A stretch of 62,526 nt of DNA, the filler included, from Platydemus manokwari (taxonomy: Eukaryota): the NCBI GenBank assembly GCA_037951405.1. It is 6 parts of 6 records of this genome, joined end to end, with 100 filler letters (N's around TTAATTAATTAA, not from the genome) between each part and the next. Parts side by side here need not be neighbours in the genome. Positions count along the whole stretch, not along the records: positions 1 to 9,321 come from JBBMOY011264985.1; positions 9,422 to 22,080 come from JBBMOY010020014.1; 4 more parts are not named here. One strand, 5' to 3'. Of this stretch, positions 1-13,600 are shown one piece after another. Made by a program: the position numbers and the translations under genes. Position 1 is the first letter of the stretch; every line of letters starts with the position of its first letter. The notes below the pieces were generated by a model. That model made no database searches. It was not told where the DNA came from and was given only the letters and a program-made list of their open reading frames with translations.

Positions 1-59
1 GGCAAACTCTCTAATAACTGTTTCTTCTGCTGGTTCCTTGTTATTGCGTTGATTTGTAT

Positions 60-182
60 GGCGTGGTCGCCAGTTACGTCATACGAACATTCATGCATAA
101 TATATATTTGAAAAAACTACACTAAAGCACCAATCAATTATTTAAACAAATACCACGTATTTATTTATTCAATCACGTTACT
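60..182 (-). mobile_element. Ty3/gypsy 5' LTR (111 bp, AGT...ACT termini) with primer-binding site
   Basis: Minus strand reads AGTAACGTGATT...GACGTAACT then TGGCGACCACG (PBS). The same LTR start follows the purine tract at ~46652 downstream of an integrase, and an internal LTR piece recurs at ~50560-50637. Confidence 0.7.
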
Positions 183-221
183 GATATAAATATACGTTAA
201 AATAAATCAAAATATGTATAG

Positions 222-2300
222 GAATCTCTTGCACAAAATGTTTAACAATACAAATATCCTCATAATTTCTTGTTGATAATAAAAACAAAGCAACTGCTAT
301 TTCATTTCTAAATTTCTGAGAGTCAATTATACAATTGGAATACAATTGATGAAGTATTTTGTTTACAGACAGTGTTTATAGAAACAAAGAAATATTCTCC
401 TAGAAGCATTCTATTGTCATTTTAAATAGGAAATGTTTCATACAAATATTATTAACAAAAACATCATGGCAAACCAACATAGTAACTTTTTATTGTTATT
501 AACGTATTCAACATAGTTTTCAGAAACAGGAATGTTTCTAATTAATTAGCTGTATTATAATTTTGATACATTTCGGAACTCAGTTGGGAACCATTCAGCT
601 ACCATACGTTGGCATAGTTTTACCAAAATTACTGCAATTGTAATCTATTTAAAAATGTATGCATTACTCATTCGATTTTTGTATATGCTTTTATACCTAT
701 TCGGATTAGTAATATATTTTGTCATTTATTTGAGTTATTCTTAATTTATCATATCTTCATGTGAATCCAATAAATTATACTCAGCTTATTCTGTTAGGTG
801 TGCCAGAATAGTAGCTGAGTTTATTAATATTAAATCACATAATTAATTAACTTTATTTATTCTTCTAAATTAAATAGATATTATCAATAATCTATTGTAG
901 AAATATCTATATTAGTAATCACCACTCTCAAAAGCATAAATCCTATCATTTAATACAATTTACGACAAGCTTCTATTTAACTTTTTATTATTTTTAAATA
1001 TTGTAGAGAACTTTTTGCAAGGCTGTTAATAGATGCATAAAGCATCAAATATTGGAAAGCGCTGCATTAGATTATTGATCTTATTAAATAGTTTTTCTTT
1101 TGTATCCACTAGGACACATTAAGCAGCTTTTACATTACACCTTTCCGTTTAAACTAACTAATTCAGAATTCTGCGAAATGATGCATTCTCAAAAGAATTA
1201 TCATTTTCGTAATAGTAATCAATTAAGTTTGTCATCACGATTTTACTCATATTTAGTATAGAATTAAAATTTTTAAGGCTAATTCAAAATGATTATGTTT
1301 ATTTATTATTATTATTATTAGTGGCTTTAGACTAGGTTAAACCATACAAAAATTATGATTATATTTTAGATATGTAATATTCAATATTATTATTTCGAAT
1401 AATTCGTTACAATGATATTAAAGAACATTTCATTTTTCCAATAAATTGTTATCGAGTTAGAATTAGAAGAAATTCTGGATTGAAATACATGAAGATAATA
1501 AATAGTGAATACATTCAAATGTAAATCATAATGATGTTTCGAAATGTGTAATTGGATCATAATTTGAATTGATGTTGTTTACTTCTGGCATAGAAGGATT
1601 TATTCTGTAACAATGACTTGGATTTTGGAAGACAAAATTTAGATTACCTAAGTTATCCAGCAGATAAATGTTTGGATTCTTGAATGAAGAAATATAACAA
1701 TCACTTATTTGGCTTCTTAAATCAAGCTGGAGACATCATTACATGTTTTATAAAAAGTATGATTAAACATTTTTAATACAGCAGTTAATTCAATTTTTAA
1801 AATGTAAGTAAAATGAAAAGAAAAGTTAGTTAAAAATTCTTCAAAATTAAATGAATACCAAATTTCTTAAAAATAGAAGTAAAGACACAACATCTAATGA
1901 TGCTTGACCTCGTATCATTAACACATTAATTCTACTTTCAGAAGTTGCAATTTCATATGATCCTGTGTATTATAATCATTGTGTTATACCATTTTCTAGT
2001 CTATTATGAGAAAAACTTTTAAAACAGGATCTTTTCAATCATATTGTGAAGTCCATTTTCATTCAGTTTCTATGCTTTTTACGCTATTTGAATTTTCCCT
2101 TGCAGTTATGAAATCATATTTCTAGGTGGTATTTTGAATCCATTTTTCAAAAATATATGTATGGTTGCTTAAACCTCTTTTCAGATGGGAAGAAATTATT
2201 AGTGTTCTACTAGGTTGGATTGTTAATGACGAAGTTCATTCTATTTTTATTGTTTAAATGTTATTATCATGTGTCTCGCTGTTCCCATAAACTATTTCAC
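222..2300 (+). pseudogene. Heavily eroded Ly6-like cassettes (several)
   Basis: TAG|GISCTKC..SNCYF..YRQCL..FYCHF at 222-435; YCNCNLF at ~630; DKCLDS*..IITCF at ~1665-1750. A further candidate VCNMCT..RLCPKN lies at ~6605-6690. Confidence 0.35.
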
Positions 2301-2452
2301 TAATCTATTCAACAGATATTAGTAAATTCTGTTTAATTCAAAGCTTTTAACAGATATATTTTATGTATTGAATTTAAAATTATTTCCCTTGATCGATCAA
2401 AATGCTTTCACCAATTGAATCAATCATGCATAACCGATGTGGGATTTCTAAT

Positions 2453-2945
2453 AAATTGAGATTTGGAAAATTTTATAATCAAATTTTTATAAAATATTTA
2501 TTTATATGAATGATTGTAATTAAAATATAATTTGGTGTCTTCACTTTTAAGTTCGTTTTCAATGCGTGCTTTGTAAAAAGTAGCGGCATACATGGTGACC
2601 ACACATTTGGATTCGATTATGATAATGTATATGGCATGGAAGTATAGAAAAGATGTGGAGAAGATACAGCAAAATTGTAGAGGAGACGTCGAGAAGATAT
2701 AAAGAAGATTTAGAGATAATATTAAGTAAAGAAGAAATAGAAAATTTTATAAACATAAATATCTATAGAATTCGATTCAGAAAGTCAAAGATTTTAAAGA
2801 AAGAGGGAATATAAGAATTTTTAAATTGAAATTTGGAAAATTTTATAATTAAATTTTTATAAAATACTTATTTGTTTGAATGATTATAAATAAAATATTA
2901 TTTGACTTTTGGATTCGTTTTCAATGTATGTTTTATAAAATAGTA
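2453..2945 (+). repeat. Dispersed ~130-bp repeat (copies at ~2453-2583, ~2823-2945 and ~7570-7697)
   Basis: Shared AAATTGARATTTGRAAAATTT..TATAA..TTCGTTTTCAAYG.RTG. Confidence 0.7.
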
Positions 2946-2959
2946 CCAGCTTACAACTG

Positions 2960-4110
2960 GAATTTTCTTGAAAACTTGAAAGCTTCATTCTTTAAATTAT
3001 TACATTTGGTAGTCAATTTCAATGACTTATAATTTTATCAGAATTTTTATAATTTCAGCCTTTCATATTGCATGACCTACTTTATAGTTAATGAAACTGC
3101 ATTTATCCGGATTTATTGCGACATTATCAAGGTAAACTACAACATCATAGTTTTATGGAGATCACTATTTCTTATGATTTCTATTTTTCTTCGATTAGTT
3201 GCAGTGTCTTCAAATTTCCTCCCTTGATGCATTGAGTTAATAGGTCTATAATTTAATTGGGTACCAATGTTGTTCTACCAAGATCTAATTTTAAGATGAT
3301 AAACATATTATGCCTTTTATTAGAAATCTGTTTTCATTTCTTTTCATCAATGTTATTGTGATAGTTTTGATGAAATTTTTAAAAACTTAATTTCGAATAT
3401 ATTTATTATGTCAATTGTTCCTATGGAATGATGATGGATTCTTTATGCAACTAATATTCTTTAATTCCACCAACATCTTAGTATGATCCATCACTTGTTG
3501 AAAGACTTCGTCTTCATATGATTACGCTGGTTTTATTCGATGACTATCTAATTTCCTCCAGTATTCTGGGTTAATTATTGTAATCAAAATTACGCCAATC
3601 TACCGTGCATTGCACATGTTGTGAGAAAATTTTGAATATTTAGTTTTTCATTGGTTCCGTTTCAGTTCGAAATTTTATTAATATTTTGACTCGTTTTTTA
3701 ATTTCAATCTACTTCATGCGACATTTGTTAATATTCTGTGTCGTATAGACCATCACTTTCGTCTTGAATGTAGAATTTTGTTCGTTCAAATCTCTGAAGA
3801 GTACCTCATGGTAGTTCTAAAATTAAGAGGTCCACAAATTAAAAGTTGGTTTCTCAATGACCACTATCTTTTAAAATGAAAAATCTTTTACCTATAAGTG
3901 CTGTAAACTTTCGTTTATGACTAGTTAGATTTCTGGTAACTGTTTTCTTATATTAGCAGATTGTAGCTCTCTTTTCTACAATTAATACAAAATTAAAATG
4001 TTTTGACTGGTAGATTATCAGTTTAATATTTGCTTTCTTACTGCTCTAATAAAGCCCTGTGTTTCAATTATGCTAGTAGCACACCCTGACTATTTAAGTT
4101 GGAATAACTT
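2960..4110 (-). mobile_element. Highly degraded Ty3/gypsy pol relic
   Basis: DVVVYLDN (YxDD-like) at ~3125-3148 and EIIRNSD upstream; many stops. Confidence 0.35.
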
Positions 4111-5599
4111 CTTGAACAGAAGATACTAACACTCAGTATTATAATATTCTGCATCGATCTATTTTCATATGATTTCGTAGTTTATTTGTATCTAAAGACT
4201 CGTTTTATTCTACATTTTAGCTCGATTTGGAAGTAATATTTTGAAGATAGTTTCCAGAAACTCGCTATAATATTTCAAAGACCTGAAGATTAAGAATGCC
4301 AAAAATTAAGTTAATTTGCAAATATTTTGGATTTAATTTACATAAACATGCGAATTTGTATCAATTTCTCTTCACGTGATATATCCCAAATTAAAGGATC
4401 ATTTTTGAATGAATATGAACTCAACCATCTTTCAGTTATCATCATCCAGTTATGGTATTGCTATCGGAGGGATTTAGAGTTGTTTTCAGGTTAAAATTCA
4501 TCTGAAAAACCATGTTTACATCCAAAAAATTAATAATTTTTCCATATCTCATAATATATGTTAAAATTTAAAACTCTGGTAATATTTCTGAAGAACGTCA
4601 AAGAAAATAAGTTCCTATTTTTCTATTTTATTTGATAAGATTGAAGAGACAAATGTGTTAGATGAATTAAGAAATGTTATTGTAGATATTTATGATCAAT
4701 CTGTTTAAAAATAATAATTATGTTCTAAGATTTTTTAATTTCAATAAATTTTTGATTAAAAGATATTAAAACTATCGCTGACACACAACAATGCATTATA
4801 CACACATTTTCGTATACCTTGGTTTCGCTAACCAGAATTGCAAGCGTGATGATTTACACACCGAGTCAGATAAGTTCATATATATTTTTGTAGAATTTGA
4901 ATAGGAATTTTAATGGCTAGGGTATTATATTTAGTAAATTATATTTAACTAAGCAGTTTTAACTAGACTACGCTTTAAAAATAGTTGTTGTTATTTTATT
5001 ATGAACATATGATATTTTACATGAAATTGTCTGCATATATCGGAGGAGTAAAAGCAGCAATTATCAACAATTAATAGCAATTAATTCGTCTTTAAATCTA
5101 AAATATCACTCTTGGTTTGATATAATTTGTAGAGGAATTGGATAATTTTTGCAATAAATATAAAAGCACAGATGGTAAAATAATAAGCAATTTCTCATAA
5201 GATAAAAGATTTTATTAATTTCTTGCGTATTTAATTTTTTCGAACAAATAATTTGTTTATCTTAATTTTCTGGAGAATTTTCAAGAATTCTTGCGTTTAT
5301 TAATATTACAATAATCTTTTTCAATAAATAAGTAGAATTATACATTTGAGTTCATGACATTTTTAGTCAAAGAAGAAATCTGTTTATTTTGGATATATTT
5401 TGTTAGTAATGTTTCCGCTAGTTGTTTAAACGCGCTCTACTTTTCAAGCACATTTTGTAACAAGAAGTTCTTTAAAGATATTTGGAGATTTGTGATTAGG
5501 ATTGTCTTAATTTTTAATATTTTAGGGTTTTAGAATTCGACAAATTTTATTGTTTTTTATATTTGATTTATTTTAACATTTTCTTTATAACCTCATCCT

Positions 5600-6410
5600 T
5601 TTATGTAACCCGGTAAACTATAAGCTATCAAGTAATCACTACTTTTATTTAAAAATCGGGCTATAATAAGTTAAGCGGCATCATATTTTGTATTAGTCTC
5701 CAAAAAATCGATAATTATGTTACCTTTGTTTATAACTTTATAATATCACTAATGTCCTGATACCAAGACTTAATTTCTTTAACCACTACCTGAATATTTC
5801 AGCAGTCATCCATGTATTTTTATTCGCCCAATATTTAACTGGAATTTGTTTCACATTTTTAAATGCAGGTAGTTTATTAACTTTCCTTATTAAGAATCAT
5901 GGCAGCTTATCCAAACCTGACTTATTGGACGCTACTTGCACTGTCATTCACATTTTACTCTGGTTAGACCCATGAACTTTAGCTCTAATAATTCTGAGAC
6001 ATTTCGACTTGCATCTACCAGAAAAGTCATGTTTCATCGTCAATGTAGATATCAGTTGCATTGTAATTTTTTAGTATCTCCTTCAATATGTGACCAAGAT
6101 ATATGCATCCATACGTAAATCTATTTTGATGTGCGTTATTTTCTGAACCAAATCATGGGCACCGGGTTTATCAACCAAAGACACAGTTTGCAATCTCATT
6201 ATGAAATTCTTTTGTGCATTACCTGGTTTTACCACTGTTTTATTTATCCTTTCTTTGTTTTGGAAGATTTCCTGTGGCGTTCGGGGTTACATTTTATGAA
6301 CAGCAGCAATATTTTTCTTCATCGTATTCGCGTGTTCCTCAACAAACTTGATGATCTTATTCTTTTATCATATTTTTTAGTCTGAAACTTGCCTTTTTTA
6401 ATTCATTATG
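5600..6410 (-). mobile_element. pogo/Tigger (CENP-B/DDE_1) transposase relic
   Basis: KIIKFVEEH.. (CENP-B HTH), DIYIDDET*LFW*M, KSGLDKLP*FLIRK..PAFKNVKQIPVKYWANKNTWMTAEIF. Confidence 0.8.
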
Positions 6411-8099
6411 AATGGATAAACCAATCATAAAAAAGTGTATTTCTGTAAGACCTCTAAAGCAGTTGCATATTAAAAAAGTAAAGAAAACTCAAGTCATATA
6501 ATTTGTGAAAGTGTACCTATTAAAAGACACTAATTATCAAATTGACAATTGAAATTGAATAAAATTATTGTACAATTTCAATTAAAACCATGTACTGACA
6601 GCGAATGTATGTAATATGTGCACACCAGTAGCAATAACTAAGACATAATCAAAATATAACTCATTTATACGACTTTGTCCGAAAAATTTGTATGAATTTT
6701 AAAATTAAAAATTCGATGTTTTGAAAGCACTACGGCATATGTCTAAATTCTTAATATCTTGATCCGATTAAAGCGAGGTCGGCTACATATATACTATTTA
6801 GTCCAGTTTATATGAACCATGTAAAATGAATGCGGAGCAGAAGTCCAGGATATTACAAAACTAATATATATTGTAGAACTTAAAATTTGAATATTGGTGA
6901 TAAAATGAAAATATAAAATTAAACAAAAATAAGCCAACATTAATAAATTTTAATGCATCAGTAAATCATAAGTTATTCTAAGGCCACAATACTGATAAAT
7001 TGACCCAAACGCCCAATAAATCAAGTGGTTTTATCTTGATAAATGAAGCGAAACGGTTTCAATTTGTCTTGTAAATCGATTTTTTGAAAATTACTGCATA
7101 TTTGAATTTGAATTAATTATTTGATAATAATCCTTTCCAAAATTTTCCTCACCAAATGAAAATCCCTCATCTAAAAATGGAAAGCATTAATCTTTTGATA
7201 GGAAAAAAATAAGACATTATATTTTCAAACAATTAATTTTCTCATTATCATGGAGAGAAAAATTATTTGGAAAAAAAAACGAAATCAAAAACACTTATTT
7301 ATTTGAACTGAGCCAGACTTACAAACGCTAATAAAATTGGTTGGCGGTGAAAACTATGTTGTTTGATGAAGAATCAATCGAATCAAACAGTAAAATATAA
7401 ATGGCTATGAAAATAGTCATTGACATTATTGCTACGAACCGATTGTTTCAATTAAAATTTCCCTACGAATCATTTATTATTAAAATGAACTTCTACAATA
7501 TTTGATTAATTTTCAAATAAAAATGAAAAATTAGTTTAAAAATAAATAAATAAAGTGAAAATTGATAATAAATTGAAATTTGAAAAATTTATAACCATAT
7601 TTTTAAAAAAAATTTAATTTGTCTGTATAATTGTAGTTAAGATATAATTTGATCTCTTGACTTTTAAGTTCGTTTTCAACGCATGCTTTAACAAGTGAGT
7701 TGTTGATTTTATTTAGTAGATTATATATTTAAAATCTTTATTTAAATTGAACATAATAATTTTGTCTGCAGAGAAATATAGTATAATCTATGAAGATCTA
7801 GCCAATTTGGTCAAATTTTGTGTCATAATTTGATTTGTTAACCACAAGTTTAGTTAATTTTAAAATTAATTTACGAAAAAAATTAAAAAACAACAACTTC
7901 AAATTCATTCATCGATAAAATTTTCTTTCACTGAGAATGAATGAAAGTTATTCGATATCCAATTAATCAACCGTGTTGTTGATCGTGAAAGGATAATATT
8001 GTTATAATATTTTAAATTTTCGATAAATAAATGTTTTTATGCAATATAATTGAAAAAATATCTCTCCTAGAGAATTAACAAAAGAACTCTAAATGAAAA

Positions 8100-8900
8100 T
8101 TTTCTTTATTCTATCAGTGAATTTTTTTGTTTCTTGTTACAAGTTTTAATTTTGAATATATAGTTTTAGAACATAGTTATCAACTTATGAATTGAAATAT
8201 TCTGGGATTATTTATAATGGTTTTTTGTTCGAAGTAATCCTTAAAGAATTATTTAGGCATTCATTTTGGATTTATTTTTGACATTTAATGCAGTCAATAT
8301 AACATTTTACCAATCTACTTTTTATATAATTAACCGCGCAATAAAAACAATCCAAATTGAAAATATCAGCGTTTGAATCTCTTAATTCGTCAACTATCCA
8401 GCTAATTTTTCTGAAGAAAACCGTTTATAAATTTTTTTATATATTTTTTTTTAGTTTGTTCATTGAAACATTTTCCAAGACATAAACCATTTTATTATCG
8501 AATAATTTTGATAACATTTTTTAAAATTCGTTTAAAGCTCTAGCAATTTCTGAAAATCATTTTCAATCGAAAAGAATATAACATTTCTTTGGAAAGACTT
8601 ATGTCGTAGGAATCTATCCAATATTTTTCAAGATTTTAATGAAAATTAAATTCCCCAATAACATTGAAAGTCGAATTATTCGATGTTTTCCATTTAAATC
8701 ATCTCGTAAAATTCAATATCTGTATTTCGGAATTAGAATTAGTTTTTAAATTAATTCGAAGATTTGTTTAAATATTCAAAAAATAACATGTGTCGTTCGA
8801 ACTAATAAATTTTCGTGGAAACAAATGGCGTTTTTTACTATCTGAATACCAAACAATCTCTTTCTATAATGAAATTTTTTCTCAAAGAAAAGGTCGAATA
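8100..8900 (-). mobile_element. Possible Polinton polB N-terminal relic
   Basis: WIVDEL..NYIK..ALNVKN pattern resembles the GSGW..YI.LP..INIKN region; very decayed. Confidence 0.25.
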
Positions 8901-9321
8901 TTTTATGAATATTGTAAACATCCTAATCTAAAATGTGTTAATGAATGAATTTACCAATTAAGAATAGCCAGGGATCAAAATTTTGATTTAATATTTCGAA
9001 AAAATTAAATTTTACAATAAAATCATTAATCATGAAATAACTTATTGCCAGATTGAGTAATGCAGCTCATTTGATATTTAATTGTTTTTGTATAGAGTTT
9101 TTTCTCGCATCATAAGTTAATTGAATCAAGGATTGAATTATCATGAGGAGATTTTATTGTTTAAATTAAATTACGTACTTGTATAAATAAGCATTTTGAG
9201 AAAGATAATCAAATTTGAATGTGTGTGTGTGTTCTGTAAGTAAATACACAGATGTTAATTTGTGATTTTTGAATAAAATACTATAAAAATTATAATTACT
9301 TGAGATTCGTTCTAAAAGTAT

Positions 9322-9421
9322 NNNNNNNNNNNNNNNNNNNNNNNNNNNNNNNNNNNNNNNNNNNNTTAATTAATTAANNNNNNNNNNNNNNNNNNNNNNN
9401 NNNNNNNNNNNNNNNNNNNNN
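9322..9421. other. Artificial contig linker N44-TTAATTAATTAA-N44 (also at 22081-22180, 31244-31343, 40336-40435, 53081-53180)
   Basis: Five identical 100-bp spacers whose core gives stops in all six frames. Confidence 0.97.
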
Positions 9422-10635
9422 CAATCGATTAATAACATTTGAATTTAAAAACTCCAAAAATCATATAGAAGTGCTATGATTAGATTAGAAACTTGGTTTA
9501 GCCATTCTAAGTTTTTAAATTTAAATTATTTTATTTAAAATGTTTAATTATCCAATGTTACTTAATTTAATGAAATAATTGTAAAGATTTCGAAGATCTT
9601 TCAATTTGCTTCTAATGTCAAAAAGGGGGTCCTGAATAATTTTCAATTTAACCTACTTTGACGCATTTTTTAAATAATCAAATTTTAGGAAATTTTGTAG
9701 CTCTAGTGTATATTATATTTCTTTTAAAACAAATAAATTTCTTAAGTACTTATAAAATATTCAAAATGTTTTTAAAGAATATAATTAAATAAACTATTTG
9801 CAACACACTCAACATATTAACAATTTTATTTCAGGATTTCATTTTTAATTTTTAGTCCATAACTAATACGTGTATCGAATTAAAGTTGTAAATTTTTTGT
9901 TTAATTAGATTTTGTTTATATGTTACATTTACAAAATACGAAATATATAAACGATTTAAATTGGTTGGAGCAAATAATTTGTTATACAACTATATACGGA
10001 TTGATTATCGAAGTTTAACCCATTCATAAAATTAATTCGAGTAAGTTAATTTGATATCTTTTATACCACAAACCACGAATGAATAAATAAAAACCTTAAT
10101 GAATTTCATCTTATAAATAGCAGTTCCTAAGGGATATAATCCTCTATTTTTCAAATTTAACTTTGTAATATTATTTAATTCACAAGAGGCTTATTAATTA
10201 ATTGATGATTTAATTGATGTTGAATTTTGTGAAAAGTTTTGTGAAATGTGACGTTATAATTATAAACTCTATGATAAAACTTATTATTAAGATTTTCGAT
10301 TTATATTTTTAGCTTTATCCAAATATCATTATTAGCAGTATATCAGATTAAATATTTCCGATAAGTGTTGTAATAAATGTCTGTCATATTTCTGTTTATT
10401 GAGGTGTAATCTTCATTTTAATAATTGTTTATAAAATTCCTATTATTTATTTAATGAAAAATTAGTTTTTCGATTAATTAACAAGTTAATAATTATTCAG
10501 CTGTATAAATCAACATTTTTCATTTAAATAAAAGTTAAACAATTAAATTTTTTAATTTTTATTTTCAACTAAAATCTTAACGAAAGACCAGCATCGAAAA
10601 GGCTCGAAAATCCTAATTTTGTGTTGTTTGATGGA

Positions 10636-13600
10636 TTACTCATCTGTTGACAACACAGATTTTCTTGCAGAAGACAATCCTCGAGTCATTGAAGGTCCTC
10701 TCGAGCCAGTCGATCCAGAGGATAAAGGTCTAGCCACTGACAATGAGCTTCTATTTTTAGCACGCAATTTTTGTAAAGCTTGTTCTGCTTCATTGGCTCG
10801 TTCTTCAGATTCTTCAAGTTCGGCTTGAGTCTTCTTAAATTTGGCAATGTTTAAGGCAGCTAATTCTTCAGCTTCATCCAATTGTTTTCGATATGTTTTG
10901 ATTTGAGATTGGAATTTCTCAATCACTTGATTTGATTTCACTTGTTGAGCTTTTTCATCTTCGAATTGTAGAGTTACTTCCTTGAGTCTTCTGTCAACTT
11001 TACGATAATTCTTTTGTGTTTCAATATGTTTCCTTTGTTCTGATTCAAGATTTGTTTCTAATTCACGGATTCTAGATTCTAATTTAGCCAATGTTTTCTT
11101 TCCACCAGACAAAACATTGCTTTCAGCATCTTCCAATTGGTTTTGAAGTTCTTTTATCTAAATTATTTATTATAATCTTTATTAAAAAATAATTATCAAA
11201 TTTACTTGTATTTCCATTTGTTTCTTGGTCTTTTCCATATATGCACAATTTGATTGTTCCTGATGAAGTTGTTCAGAAATTTGAGCTGCATCTGCTGCTG
11301 CCTTGTTTGCTTGGTTTTGTGCTTGATGTAAATTGTTAGACATTTCATCCAGATCAGACTTAAATCGAACATAAATTATAAAATATATTTTATCAAATCA
11401 TCTTATAATATTACCTGCATAGCAACAATGTCCATTTCCATTTTCCTTTTTGAACTCTGAAGAGAAGAATTTAGAGCTTGAGATTCACTGAGTTTATCGT
11501 TAGAATCTTGTAATTCATTTTCTGCAGTTTTGCGAGCTCTATCAACTTGTTCGAATTTGTTTCGTAATTCTTCCAATTCTCCATTGATTGCAAGATATTT
11601 TCTTTCAGTCATTTGAGCATGTTCTTTAGCTTCAGTTTTGATGCGTTGTTCTTGTTCGATCTAGATAACAACACATGTTATGAATAAATGATTTCAATAG
11701 ATTACTTCTGAATGCAAATCTTGAATTTGTAATTGCATTCGTGACATATTTTTATCACTATCAGATTTCAATCTTTCAGTTTGATCCAATTTAGCTTCAA
11801 GTTCACTGATTTCTTGTTCCAACATCTTTTTGACTTTGATTGAGTCTTGTCGACCTTTAATCTCAGCATCAAGTGATGCTTGCATAGATTCCATGGCTCT
11901 TTGATGATTGCGTCGAGTACCTTCAAAATCTTCTTCTTTCTCAGCCAATCTCTTTTCAATATCAGATCTCATCTACAAATAGTTTATTATATTATTTATA
12001 ATTCAGAATTATAAAATTTACTTGACTCATTTCTAGAAGGGCTCTTTGTGATTTAGCTTCTTCATTTTCTATAGTAGACTCGGCTTCTTCAAGAGCTTGT
12101 GCTAATTCTTCCTTTTCCATTTCCAATCGTCGTTTAGCTTTTTCAATTTCATGAACTGATTTTCCACCATCGGATAATTGTTCAGTCAATTCATGAATTT
12201 CGTCTATAAATTATTATTTTGATAATGATCACTTTATAAATCATTAGATATTATTACCTTCGAGATTTTTCTTTTCTCTTATAAGATTGTTGATTTGAGA
12301 TAATAATTCTTCATTTTCGCTCCTGCATTTGAATACTTGTGTTGATAATGATCTCGATTCTTCATTAGCAACATTAATCTCTGACTGAAGACCAGAACAT
12401 TTTGATTGCCATTCGTTGATAGTTTTATCAAAGTTTTTCTGCTTCTTTTCTAATTGATTTGCCTAAATATATATATATATATTGAATGATTGAGAAATGT
12501 TATATTAATAAACACAAACCACTGCGTTAGCTCTATCAACATCCACACTCATATCTTCAAGTTCTCCTGACAAACGAACTTTAGTCTTTTCAAGTTGAGA
12601 ACATTTATTGTGAAGAGTATCCAATTCTTGTTCCATTTCTGAAAGTTTTGCTTGTAATTTTCTTTTAGAATCTTCTACTTCCTCTAATCGACCAGATCCT
12701 TCACTATCGATTTTCATTTTCATTTGTGACAATTCCGATTGTGCCTTGGCTAACAATCTCTGAACATCAGCTTTCGATTCTAATTCTTCTTCCAAGCTAG
12801 TTCTCAAATTATCCATTTCATCATTGAGATTTCGCATTTCATTCATAAGTTTAGATTTCATCTTTTCTTCATCTTCAAGAATGGATTTTGTTTCATTTAA
12901 TTGTTGTTGTAATTGTTGTTTGATTTTGTTCTGTTGTTTATTCTCAGTGTCTGATTGTTCCAACTGTTGTTGTAGAGTATCAATTGTTTGATTATTCTTT
13001 GATGATTGATTAGTAAGATCAAATAATTGATGGTTTTGTTCATCAAGTTTCTTTTGGAAATCTGAGATTTGATTCTCCAATTGTTTGCATTGTTTTTCAA
13101 AATTAGATTTTTGTTTGGTAACGGTATCTAATTGATTATTGACTTCATCGAGTTCTTGTCGGATGGAAGATTTTTCCTTCTCGATTCTATGAATTGATGA
13201 TTAAAACAAGTTTCAATTTGTAAATAATATTATTACTTAGATTTGGTTTTGTTCAACAAGTCCACTTGTTCAGAGAATTCATTAGTAATATCTTGATTCT
13301 TTTTCTTGAGACCATTTATCATTTGTTCGTGTTGTAAATTGGCTTCTTGTAATTCTTTTTTCAATTTCATCAATTCAGATTCTCTTTTCTTGGCCAATTC
13401 TACTTGAGCCATTGTAGCACCACCTTGTTCTTCAAGTCTATCAGCAAGATCTTCAAGTTCTTGTTCAGCCATTTGACGTGCTTTTTCACTTTTCGTTCTG
13501 CCTTGTCTTTCACCTTCCAAATCTTCTTCCATTTCTTGTACTTGTGACTGAATAAAAGAAATATTGATTTGTTATAAAATATTATTTTGTCTATCAATTG

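Noticed and set aside
9366-9377. Recurrent TTAATTAATTAA motif (5 copies)
   Set aside because: Always centred in identical N44 flanks; an assembly linker, not biology.
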